A DNA stretch of 64,000 bases from Parasitella parasitica NRRL 2501 (lineage: Eukaryota > Fungi > Mucoromycota). The stretch spans positions 23,035-87,034 of the forward strand of contig MU619374.1 of the NCBI GenBank assembly GCA_025201805.1, in the 5' to 3' direction. The translations under genes were made by a program, and so were the position numbers. Position 1 is the stretch's first letter; every line of letters starts with the position of its first letter. Positions 25,831-37,866 of this stretch are shown piece by piece. A model generated the notes under the pieces. It was not told the origin of the DNA, searched no databases, and saw nothing but the letters and a program-made list of their open reading frames with translations.

Positions 25831-28800
25831 ATGGCTACAGCGGCTGTTACGTATGTGAACATACAGCTTGAAATGTTTGTTCAAACGACTAAAGAAAAAA
25901 GTATTTATATAGAGTGGCGCTAAGGGTAAGGCCCTTGATACATGCTAATCAAGATGGCTGCAGTATCACTTTTGTAAAAGATGAACCACGAATTATAATT
26001 GGAAACGAGAGATATTTCACTTTTGACTTTGTATTTCCACCCAAAACATCTCAACAAGAGCTTTATGATCACAGTATCCTGCCTCTTGTTGATAGATTTA
26101 TAGAAGGGTAAATTATTTAATACAAATTTGGTACCTGAAAATATTTAAATCTCCGTTTTTATTTTTTGATCCAGCAAAAATGTAGCGATTCTTGCATTCG
26201 GGTAATTACTTGATAATAAAGCGAAATATAGTATCATGCGTCTAATTTAAAGCAGACAAAATGGATCGGGAAAGACGTATAGCTTGGGCACAGGGACTGG
26301 TCAAAGCAACCAACAAGGTAGGTATATAAAGTGATCATGAGCGGGAGTAGAAGTCAACCAGCATCCGCAAACAAAATAGGCATCATACCTCGTTTCGCAC
26401 ATTCGCTCTTTAAACGCGCCGCAGAACTCCAGAGTAATACATTTCAGATATATGCATCATTTTTAGAACTGTATAATGAGGATATACATGATCTTTTAAT
26501 CTCGACGGAAATGACTCATCAGCAAAAAGATCATGCGACGATCATTGAAGATATAGATGGCAAAATACACTGGACAGGTGTAAAAGAACAAAGAATTTAC
26601 ACGGCAAAAGACTTGATGCGGTAAAAAATAAGAATGATTGAATTGTACATTGCGCTAACTTTGGTCATTAGCTGCTTACAAAACGGATCTCAAAAGAGAA
26701 GAGCCTGTTCTTCCTCACATGCGATATTCTCAATTATTCTTACGCAACAAGCTGTAAATTACGACACTGATACCGCCGCTGCCGATACATCAATGCTTGT
26801 TGAGAACATGGGCGTTGCACCGCAAAGTTTAGTTTCCAAGTTTTATTTCGTGGATTTTGCAGGATCAGAAAGAGTGAGTTGTCTTTTTAAAAAACACGAA
26901 AATACTGCCAATGGTAACAATAGCAACCAAAAAAAAATTAGTTGGAACAGTCAAGTGCCATGAAAGATCGACAAAAAGAGATTAATGGTGGACTGCTACC
27001 GCTTGATAGAGTTTTATCAGCGTTGGGAGACAATAAAAAAAGCGGCAGTAAATGGCCCGGACATGTGCCACATAAGGATGGCAAATTGACAAGCTTGTTG
27101 CAGGACAGTCTAGGCGGGAATAGTCATACGCTCATGTTGGCATGTGTAAGTGCATCGAGTTCGGATTACACAGAAACGTTAAACACACTCGAATATGCCA
27201 ATCGTGCCCGTAACATTCGAAATAGAGTTCCAGTCAACCAAGAGTCTTTGAATCCATCTAGACTTGAAAGCCAGTCGCAGACGCTGAAAGATGACGATCA
27301 TCATGATGGCACGACGGAACGATATTCAGGACAAGATACACAGGATATCGAGCCCTTTTCTCGCCAATGGTCTATAGATTTGGCTCAAGGGATAAGCGAT
27401 AGAGATACTCCGTTCCTGGGCAAAGATGCATATCAAGCCCAACATTTGAGGCCACCGCTTGCTGAAACGTGTAACAGCAGCACAGGTCGAGACTTTTCAT
27501 CACGGCTACAGTCACTGCAGCCACAGCGGCCGAAAGTTTCATCCTCTATGGGATTTTTCGATAAAAAAAATTTGTTTGTTGATAGCAATATAACCAAAAA
27601 GCAACAAGGCTCGGTATCTTCAAGCCGTCGTTTGACCAGTAAAAAAAAGCCTGTCATCCAACGAATGAAAACGCAATCATCGCCCGCGCTGAAAAGGAGA
27701 CCGACGCACGAAAACATGGATGAGCTGCTCGCCTTGTTGCGTGAAGAGTACTATGGCGATGATGGCAGATTCAAGGTAAATGTTGGCAACAATCAAATAT
27801 GTGCGAGGGGGGAGATTTTGTTGATTCTAAATTTTACTTAGCGCATATGCAAACTTGTTTATATCTTGGTCACAACAGTCAACATATGAAACGGTATTAC
27901 ATGATGCGTCACATGCCAGCAGGGAAACAACTGCCACCTCTTTAGCGAGCGAAAATAACCTGCTGCTGTCCTGCGAGGCTGAGGATAATAACAAAGTCTT
28001 TCCTGCTCATCAAACACAAAATTACAGCATGCCTGCAGATAGCACCATTATTTGTCCTCCAAGTAACACATTAGAGGACGATGAATTAGAGGCTCTGGTA
28101 AGTTGTCCCTGTGTAGGCGTATCTAAATTACTCACTTTGCGCTACAGGCTGTGCCATGCTGGTCAGACGTGCCAAAATTGCCCTCTGTCAATGGATCCAT
28201 CAAGCGCAAGTCTATATCATTGGACTCGATGTGGGACGATACAGACAGCTCCATGACAACCTCGCGTGTAGAAACCGCCGCCCTGTCGCGCCAACCACAG
28301 CATCACCACCACCACCACCACCAACAAAAAGACATGAGAAGATCCAGCAGAAACTTGCTGAAAATGCTGCATCAGATACAAGCCGATTTGCTAGTTAAGC
28401 GTGAACTGGTGGGTCAATTAGAGAGGTCTGAAGATCAATATACCCAAATGCGAATCAACTATGAGTCGAGACTGAATGAAATGAAGGACCATCTGTTAGA
28501 GATACAGAACCAAAGAGACGCTGCCCTTCGACAATCGGGCGCAACCATTGTGTCACAACTGCCCAAACGACCGCAGACTGTATTGCAATTGCGAGAAAAC
28601 CGACAGGCGCAGGAGGTGAGGTCGCAATACGAACAAAAGATTAAGCGCTTGATCAACGAAAATGCAGAGCTTCGCAAAAAGACCACTCAGTCAACGCAGT
28701 CCGTTCAAGCATCACAAGCAAAAGCAGAGGGCACCATTGGGCGTCTTCGTGCCGACATTGAGGCCCTGAAATTAGACAAGAAACAACTCCATAAAAGTCT

Positions 28801-29119
28801 AAAATTAGAAGCGGATAAAGCACGAGAAGCAGCTGCCGCCTTTGAGAAGGAAACAGCTCAGCTAAAGAGGAAGGTTCTGAGTGCATTGGATGCAAAGAAG
28901 AAGCTCGAGGAGACAAACAATGCTCAAAACCAAGTTTTGGCCAAAAGACACCAGGAAACGTTCGCTGCAAACATGCAGCTGAGGCATCTGACGACCACTC
29001 TGAGAAGAGCTGCGAGCGAAGGAACTTTTTTAAACGAGGTTTCGCTAGAAAAGATATTTACAGATGCTGCAAACTTGAAATCAGCTTCTAGTGCTAATAA
29101 TAACAATAGCCATAAACCG

Positions 29120-29162
<43 letters not shown>

Positions 29163-29200
29163 CTTCTGCTTCAAGGACGCATAGTCCAGCAAATTTATAA
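25831..29200 (+). CDS. Kinesin-4/KIF21-like protein with degenerate motor domain and coiled-coil tail, multi-exon
   Basis: [67 protein letters not shown], then coiled coil. Confidence 0.88.
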
Positions 29201-29548
29201 TAATCAATATATATTATATCACCCTGCATGCTTGTACGTGTGTGTGTATATAGACTGCAATGTCGATCTCTGCTCTTTGCTGCGTTGGTTTCTTTTATGT
29301 GTGCTCCCTGCTATATATTTCAGTAATAAAGAAATCGTCTGATTAACTAAATGGCATGTCTTGTCATAATGTGTTCTTTTGCATGACATTTCACAAATCC
29401 TGTATGTTTGTCTCCTCAGACAGCAACAGGCGGCTGAAAACTGCTCTATTTTTATAGCCATGGGATAGCAACATGATAACATCTATATTATTCAAGATAA
29501 AAGCAAGTTGTTTTTGTAGTAAATAGTGTATATACACTGCTATTTGAG

Positions 29549-31795
29549 ATGAGCACACAGGTAAATCTCTTTTGTTTATTTCTCACATTTCACATGAATC
29601 AAGTTCGTAGTATCTTTCACGAAGAAAAAACTGCCGTAGAATATGAAGATGTAGCATTAGAGGCAATCCCTGCAAATCAGCAGCAGCAGCAGCAGCAGCT
29701 CTCACATACATTACACGCAATAGCAATAACGCCTAGCCCATCTCTTTTATCAATAGCTATCAATGAGAACGGCAGTATGAGAAGATCTCTCTTGTTGAAG
29801 AATGCGTTCCAAGCAGAAGCTCTCTATGATGATTCTGCTCTCACAGCTGTTGGTGCAAGAGTTGGACGAGGAAACTATACCATAAGCATCTGCTGTGTTC
29901 GATTTTTGGGCTACATAAAGAACAAGATGGCATTCAAGCCAGTAGTTCCAGATGACCCTCGGCTACTGTCTCCCTCCAGAAAGAGATTGATTTTGGCTGC
30001 ATTGGCATTGGGAGCATCTCTAAATGGATTTTGTTCTACAGTTTATGTATGCAAGCCTTTGTTTCGTTGTACATACTGCGTATAGTGTTATTACTGTCTA
30101 ACTTTGTATATATTATAGTTCCCTGGGATTCCAGATATCACTTTAGAGCTAAATGCTTCAGAAATTGAGATTACACTTGTCTCGTCCTTGTTCATTTTGT
30201 TTGGTGGTATTGGACCTATATTTTGGGCTTCTGTGTCCGACTACTATCACATAAGAAGGTACATGTGCAAGCTATCAAAACGAGTGTATTTGTGTATAAC
30301 TTTTCTGGCTTGTAAAGGTTCCTTTATCTGATTGCGTTGCTGATTTTCGTTGCTGCTTCAATTGGCTGTGCATTGGCTAGCTCAGTTTATTTGTTAATTG
30401 TTTTGCGCTGTATTCAATCAATCGGTACATCAGGTATATAAACATGTGTATAGAAGTAGATGACACTAAACATAACAAACTTTTATCGATTGCAACAGTG
30501 ACCATGTCGGTTGGAGCAGGCACCGTCGCTGATTGTTGGCAGATTACAGAACGAGGTTCTGCATTTAGCTTTTTATTCGTAGGCCAATTTCTTGGGCCAT
30601 TGATAGGTAAGGCTAGATGATAGCGTAAAATCGACAGTATACGCATGTATATAGACTTATACATCTTGTGAAAAAGGTCCAATTATCGGTGGTGGTATCA
30701 CTACAGCAGCAGGTTGGAGAGCTGTGTTCTGGCTTTGCACAGGTTATGGCGTACTTCTATTTGTATTCTTCTTTATTTTCTTTCCCGAAACATATCGCGT
30801 AGACCATTGTTGGGATCAGCGATTTACAGAATTACCTAGTCAAGCCACGCTCGCTATGAGCAATCCGCCTCGAGGAGATTCTGCGCCTGCACCTCTTCCC
30901 GTTGTCGACGACGTAGCAAATCATTCGAGATTCAATCCATTCAAAAGTTTTGCAATGATGCAGTATGTTTTTGTTTGCTTTATAGCCATTGAAATTGGAT
31001 TCTGTTTCGGTACCATGTTTACATTGGAAACGCTGATTCCAGACATCTACTTTATACATTACGGTTTTGATTCATGGCAAACAGGTATATAAACACTAAA
31101 ACGAGACACAAACGCATTTACTTGAACAAATGTGTATATAATGCGTATAGGGCTAAGCTTTCTTGGTGCAGGCATTGGAAATGTTCTCGGCTCTATAGTC
31201 TCTGGCAGATTGTCTGATTACCTGTTGATCAGATCTAGTAACAGAAGGGGCGGTATATCTAAAGCAGAGGATAGACTAACATTAAATGCATGGTAAAGAT
31301 CATGAGTCCAGCTTATTGTCATGGCTACTTAAATGCTCTTATCGTACATATAGGCCTGGTGGGTTTATTCTTATACCTTTGGGCGTTTTGCTATTTGGCT
31401 GGAGTATTATGGCCGGATTTTCAGTTTGGCCAGCCATCATAGGGTTTAGCATCTTGTGTTTTGGTATGAGCCAAGGTAGGCATTTAATTGCAATCGCGCA
31501 GTTGATGTATTTAAGAAATAGAAAAAAAAAAATAGTGTACACGGCTGGATCTGCGTATTTGGTGGATAGCATCCCTGGGAAAGGAGCATCAGTAACAGCC
31601 GCCTGCAACTTTTTCCGCATGACCACGGCTGCTGTACTAAGTCTTATATCGCCCATTATAGGGTCAGCATTATCCATAGGTTATGTTTGTGTACTACTAG
31701 CCTCCCTCAATGTCATCGGCATGAGTTTGTTGGTTTATATCAAATTTAAAGGCATACATTTAAGAAGAAAAGCTGGGTTTGCTCAATCCAAGTAG
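29549..31795 (+). CDS. MFS transporter, drug:H+ antiporter (DHA1)-like, multi-exon
   Basis: GPIFWASVSDYYHIRR, GAGTVADCWQITERG, GPLIGPIIGG..AGWR, FFPETYR, AYLVDS. Confidence 0.88.
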
Positions 31796-32171
31796 AATAC
31801 GCATACGCGTGTGTAAACATGTCCTTTTTTTTCTCTATTAAAATAGTCGATACAGGATTTAGAGATATTGAAGTATAAAAAATTTGAATAGACTATCAAT
31901 TTCATCCACATTTTCAACTGCAAGTGGTACATTGGCAGTTTATCGCCATTCCCCTCCTGTAGCAGATCCATTGGATTGCATTAACCTTAAACCAGCGATT
32001 ATTATCATTATCAAATGCTTGCGAAATAAGAGTGTACTTGAACAATACAACTCTTATGACAATAATCTCTCAAAATCATGCAGTAGGAATATGTATTAAT
32101 CATGTACATTTCTAAATAAATCTTTATTGTTAATATTGTATACATGAAAAAATGATCAGAAGGGAAACAAT

Positions 32172-32837
32172 TTATCGCTGAGTGTTGTAAGAAACTTGAG
32201 CATTGGCACGGTTTGCTAACGCTTGCTTATGAATTTGCAGCTTCTTTTGCAAAACAGAACTTACGCCCTGGGAAACGTCATATACTTCACCTGCAAATCT
32301 TTCTTCAAAAGATTTTTCTCCACGCTTCTTGGAAGCCTCCAACATCCAAACTATAGCACGACGACGACGTTGACGGTCTCTTAATGCCGTAGGTACATGG
32401 ACAACTTTGGATCCTTTCTTGGTGGAAGATAATTTCAATAAAGGTGAGGCTGTTTCAATAGCATCAAGCAAGACAGTGTAAGGGTCATTGTTGTTTTCGA
32501 GCTTCTTTGAAAGGTGCTTCATACTGTCAGAAATCAATCGTTGTGCTCTGGCTTTTTTCCCATCTCTCATCAATGTATTAACTAGCTGGCTAACTACTTC
32601 GTCATTAGGAACAAGAGGCACATGGCTACTAGCTGGAGTGGTTGGAATGGAAGGTGTAATAGGGATAGCTGTTGATGTTGTGTTGGTAATGGGTGATTTT
32701 AATGTTGCTGCTGCCTTGGTTGCGTCGAAAAGATTGCTTGCAGGAGTGGTGGCTATGGCTCGAATCCAAGTAGGTTGAAACTTACGCAAGGTTACGCTAC
32801 CATTGTGACCGATGGCTTTAAATAAAGTGCTGGACAT
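32172..32837 (-). CDS. RSM7: Mitochondrial ribosomal protein S7 (uS7m)
   Basis: VNTLMRDGKKARAQR, VPTALRDRQRRRRAIVW, KKLQIHKQALANRAN; presequence begins MSSTLFK. Confidence 0.92.
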   Translation of the reverse strand: MSSTLFKAIGHNGSVTLRKFQPTWIRAIATTPASNLFDATKAAATLKSPITNTTSTAIPITPSIPTTPASSHVPLVPNDEVVSQLVNTLMRDGKKARAQRLISDSMKHLSKKLENNNDPYTVLLDAIETASPLLKLSSTKKGSKVVHVPTALRDRQRRRRAIVWMLEASKKRGEKSFEERFAGEVYDVSQGVSSVLQKKLQIHKQALANRANAQVSYNTQR

Positions 32838-33407
32838 TGTGCTTTGTCTAAAGAAAGGACAGCGAGAAAAAATAAGCTTATATAACAAACTGGGGTTCGA
32901 ATGACAGCTAGACCTGGGTAGGCAATGTCTAGAATATTTACAGGATCCGAATCAAGGTCACATTGACCTTTGAACGCTGCCAAGTTGATGGTCTTTAAGG
33001 TACCATATAGCTTATCTTTTACATTGGCGACATAAGGAGATATTGTCGATGCTCTTTTTTATCACAGTTTACTTGTTTTTCACTACTTTGATAGTCTAAT
33101 TCTTACTCTTTCTAGATGCATTTCTACCTAGAGCATTTTTCAACAGTATTTCTGGATTTATTTGGAATAAAAACTACTAACATATCATATATTAGGAGAT
33201 CGGGAGCTTTTTCTAAATTGCTTTACTCTTTATATTATGGTATACATTGAAAGCCAAAAATCGAACATGCAACTGAAGGAGAATACAAAATTTGTATTAA
33301 AAGTCCATAATTTGCATCATTAATAGCAAAAAATGGTGAAAACCAAAGAAAGTTTTCGATTTCATAATTGGCGAACTATGTGAAAATTCATGGCTAATTT
33401 TTTGTGT

Positions 33408-33586
33408 GGAAATGCATTAGATAGCAAATAGAGCCCCGGAAAGTCTTTTAATACGGGTTCAAAATACTTGGACTGGTCATAACGGGTATGAATCCTATCA
33501 AAGTTGTGTAAATCAAGTATATTGGTGGTTACAACGTGTGATATTCAATCAGCTCTTCGGGGCATTTTACTAATCCAATGCTCTCC
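33408..33586. mobile_element. Degenerate MITE-like element (about 180 bp, imperfect inverted ends of about 35 bp)
   Basis: Left GGAAATGCATTAGATAGCAAATAGAGCCCCGGAAAG versus reverse complement of right end GGAGAGCATTGGATTAGTAAAATGCCCCGAAGAG; no clear target-site duplication. Confidence 0.45.
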
Positions 33587-34005
33587 AAGAAACGTTTTTC
33601 TGATATTAAATCGATTGATATAGCTTTTAATTTATCAATAAACGAATTTATTCATAGATACATTATTCATTATGTTTTATTCTTTATACTAATTTAATAA
33701 AAGTTTTTGCCTTGTATCATTGATTTGAAAAAATTTAAATCGGGTTCAACCCCTATTTATGGGTACTTCAGACTATTGCAAGCAAAAGCCCTTCATTAAA
33801 GTGATTACCCCATCAAAAGGGTAATAATCACACATACATTATATGGAAATGAGTCGTCTAATCAAGAGTATCGCTTCATGCAGCGTCAGGAGGGTAGACA
33901 CCCTATTCTTGCAGCCGAAGTTGTTCTTGATATTTGTAGTCCCGCGATTGCCTTTATGAAGGTGCTCGTTTACACTTTCCACATAATTCTTTTTTAACCT
34001 GTGGT

Positions 34006-34952
34006 ATGAATTCTTTATATAACAACGCTTTAAAGCAAAGCCATGCTCTTCAAAAAGATCTAGACAGTAAAATGCTTGAATTTTATGAAAGCCTTGAATT
34101 GCTAGCTGATTTTTTATGCGTATTCTTAGGATTTCAGTCAGGTCAAGACAGTTCAGCTGGCCTACAGGGTACGATTCATCATCATCAGACATACTCGGTA
34201 TTAATAAACTTGGAATAGGCCAAATATCAGTTTCATTCAACGCCTTGCAAAGATCGATTGACGATTATGACAATCTGGCCAAAAGAGAATTAATACCTGT
34301 GAAAAAGGAAACGGCTTTAACGTAAGTGTTTGTATTTGCTGTTTACTCACAAGAGTTGAGATTAACGACGCAAAAGACGGGTATCCAAGTTTAGGCACGA
34401 TTTACAAGATATGAAAATACGTTTTGAGGCTATCAAAAAGCAACAAGAAACCCAAAAACTAGAGCAGAACAGAGATAGTTTATTAAGAAGACCGAATAGA
34501 GGTGCTAATGCCGTAAGTTTATCTCGATATCGAATGAGCAAAAAAAAAAAAAAGCAACCAACAGTTTCGATATAAAAAAAGCCTGAACATCCATATCAAC
34601 CTCTATCTCGAGACGAATTTGCAATACGCGAGCAATCTTTTGCTCGCAACACTGATTCACAGCTGGACGATTTTATTGGCCAAGCACAGAACTTGTTAGA
34701 GAATTTAACAGATCAGCATAGCATTTTAAAGGTGTGTTGAAGGATATTTCAGTGAATTCAGTGATTAGTGATTAAAATAGCTTTGATCAGAAAACGCAAA
34801 AGAAGATTTTGGATACAGCAAACCATTTAGGCTTATCTCAAAACGTCATTCGTTATATTGAAAGAAGATCAGCACAAGATAAATGGATATTTTATGGCGG
34901 CATGATCATTACTGTATTATGTTTGTGGGGTATTGTACATTTTATTGGATAA
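34006..34952 (+). CDS. BOS1: Golgi Qb-SNARE Bos1/membrin, multi-exon
   Basis: MNSLYNNALKQ start, QLDDFIGQAQNLLENL.DQ..ILK, LDTANHLGLSQNVIRYIERRSAQDKWIFYGG plus C-terminal transmembrane helix. Confidence 0.9.
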
Positions 34953-35291
34953 TCACTCTTCATCAGGTAATAAAACCTTGCTGATCCTGTATCGAATGCC
35001 TAAATAACTAAGGTAATCCAATTCTGGGAATACACGTACTTTTGGAACTTTTGGAAAATGACTATCTCGAATATCAACAAATGTACCTTTCGAGAGAATT
35101 GCATTTTCTAATTTCCCATGGTTGACACTGTCTAGTGGAATCCATCGGTAATTCTTGAAGAAAAACCATTGAGCATTTTGTATACGAGGCTTCTTTTTTA
35201 TTTGTTTACGACGGGCGGTATGTTTAGAGGGAGGCAATGGTTTATCTTGAACCAGCACTTTGATTGGAGGTAAAATGATAATGTTGCTCAT
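34953..35291 (-). CDS. Hypothetical protein, possibly WWE-like
   Basis: 112-aa ORF with QWFFFKNYRWIPLDSVNHGKLE, which resembles WWE spacing. Confidence 0.55.
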   Translation of the reverse strand: MSNIIILPPIKVLVQDKPLPPSKHTARRKQIKKKPRIQNAQWFFFKNYRWIPLDSVNHGKLENAILSKGTFVDIRDSHFPKVPKVRVFPELDYLSYLGIRYRISKVLLPDEE

Positions 35292-36052
35292 GATGTGCTT
35301 TATTATGTAAAGGCAATGGAGTATATATCAAGTAGTCTGAGTTACAGTAGGAAAAAAGGGAAAAGAAGGTAAAGTAATTGCAGTGAAAGTCATTCACTCA
35401 TTTTCGAACAACTTTTCTTACACCCAACCCTTTACTGCAAGTTGTACAGGATGTCAATTTTTTTTTTTTTTTTTTCTTTTGCAAGACATATAGGACCAAT
35501 TGGCAACAATTTCAGACGAAAAACTGCCATTAAACATTGCATTTGTTTGTGATAAAATCACCCGTTTAACATTAAAACGTTCTTGAAAGTAAAAATGAAG
35601 CATAGCGTTGTGAATTTGATTGGACAGAGAGTAGCCCGTTATGTTAGTATGTATATCTGAACTCTTTGCTACTACCATTATGCCCTCAAATCGACAACAT
35701 TACATGTAAACCAGATTCAAGGATGAGCATTTCCAGCGGACATTATACTGGATCAGATTTTTAGCTTGTTGAAGAAAGCTTCCATGCTAACGATGAGGCA
35801 AGCGACATTTAGCGAAAATAAGACATGCCTGTTTCTTATGGTATTGCTGGGCTTTTGTATGCAAATCAATTTTTGCCCCTATTTTTGACCCTGATACACC
35901 ACTGAATCGCTCCTTGAAAGTCAAGATGACACTTTGTTCGAGGTGCAAGAAGTGGCTTATAGATTCACAACAAAAATTTTCTTGGATTTTAGTTGATTCC
36001 AACAGGCAAATTTGATGTAACCTCCTCTTTTTCGCTTTAGTCGATTTTAAAA

Positions 36053-36727
36053 ATGTAATGTTAGGAAATATGGTCGGATTGGATACGATTAACTGACACA
36101 ATCTGTTTGTATTATAGGGTCAGTTTGTTGGTCCAAAAGCGTCTCGCTGCCTCCGTCCTCAAGTGTGGTCAAAGAAAGATCTGGCTCGATCCTAATGAGG
36201 TCAACGAGATCTCCAACGCCAATTCTCGTAAGTTTTGTTATACACAATGCCGGTTGATATACTAAATGGGAATATACACAGGTGCTAACATCCGTAAGCT
36301 CGTCAAGGACGGTCTTATCATCCGTAAGCCTGAGATCTCTCAATCTCGTTTCCGTGTTCTCGAGCGTGCTGCTGCTAAGCGTAACGGTCGCCACATGGGT
36401 CACGGTAAGAGAAAGGGTACTGCTGATGCTCGTATGCGTAGCCAAGTTATCTGGATGCGCCGTATGCGTGTCCTCCGTCGTCTTTTAGCCAAATACAGAG
36501 AAGCCGGTAAGATTGACAAGCACTTGTATCATCACCTTTACCTCAAGTCCAAGGGTAACGGTTTCAAGAACAAGCGTGTCTTGATGGAGCACATCCACAA
36601 GGCCAAGGCTGAGAAGGCTCGTGCCAAGACCCTTGCTGAACAAGCTGATGTTCTCCGTGCCAAGAATAAGGCTCTCCGTGAACGTCGTGCTAACAAGAAG
36701 ACTGAAAAGCTTGTCGCTAGTCAATAA
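36053..36727 (+). CDS. RPL19: 60S ribosomal protein L19 (eL19)
   Basis: [54 protein letters not shown]; start codon split AT|G by intron 36055-36117; second intron about 36228-36281. Confidence 0.97.
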
Positions 36728-37325
36728 GTTTTTTTTTGGCCTGTATATCGTTTAATTTCTGATAAATGGTATTAAAAGAAAAGGATTTCTTGTTAATGAA
36801 TTGTGCGTTGTGTGTTGTGTAATGTGTGTTGTGCGTTGTGCGTTGTTTTCAGCCATGAGGGAAAAGCGAGACATTGCAATAGTTTGATTGAAAAGATCTG
36901 GTTCAAGAAAGTACGCAATCAAACAAATTACTTTAATACAGTGTATAGCTATTACTGCAATTAATATCGCACTTACCTCGAAGCATTGTAGGCAAGATCA
37001 GTCATGCCTTGCATTTTCTTGGAAAAATATATGTGGATCAGCAACACTTGCAAAGATAACAATTACGTCGAAAATGCTACCAAAAATATGCAGGTTCTGG
37101 CATCAGCCTCTTTCCTTAACTACAGGGTTTTGAGACGATTTGAAGTAATTTTAGATGAATAAAAAACTTGACGATGATATCCGTATATCAGATCAAGATG
37201 GACAAACTTTAACTTGCATTCGTCTCAACTTTAAATTAGTCTGGATAGCTTTTATTCTTACGACCACCATCTCATAAGCAGAGGTTTACAGAATAAACAG
37301 TTGACAAAAGGGTATAATGCGATAT

Positions 37326-37866
37326 TCAATAGGTCATTTTAGGCTTTTCCGTCGTTATAAACTTTTGATTGATGCCCAACAAAGAGCTAATAACTCGAAG
37401 CTTGTTCTTCATTTTATCTCTCAAAGCGAATAGATCGGCGTCATGATCATTGTGTGCAGGAAATTCATCAATTAACTTTTTAAGAGCTTCTATTTGCTTC
37501 ATAGCTCTATTTAAAAAGATGCTATTAGTAGTCGACATCCCTTTTGCTTTTCGATATTACCTTTGAGGCACAGTTTGGGGGTGTTGTGTTGCTAATTGTG
37601 TCCACATGCTTACGCATCCAGAATAAAACCCAATTTCCTTTCCCAAGTCAAATGCCTTTTCGCAGCCAAAAATGCGACCTTCTAATTCTCCTGATCGTTC
37701 ACCATCTCTGAATCCATCGTCAAATCCATGCTCAGCAAACCTAAAAACACAGCGTCAGCCATATTGCGATTCTACAAAGGGGTTTCGAACACTACATGGT
37801 TTCTAGATAGCACAATGATTCAAGGTCTTGGTTAGGAGGAGGAAGTACTCTCTTGTCTGACATCAT
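37326..37866 (-). CDS. LTO1: Lto1/ORAOV1 (Yae1_N domain) protein, three exons
   Basis: Spliced GFDDGFRDGERSGELEGRIFGCEKAFDLGKEIGFYSG (Gx3 repeats), followed by LIDEFP...DKMKNKLRVISSLLG. Confidence 0.82.
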
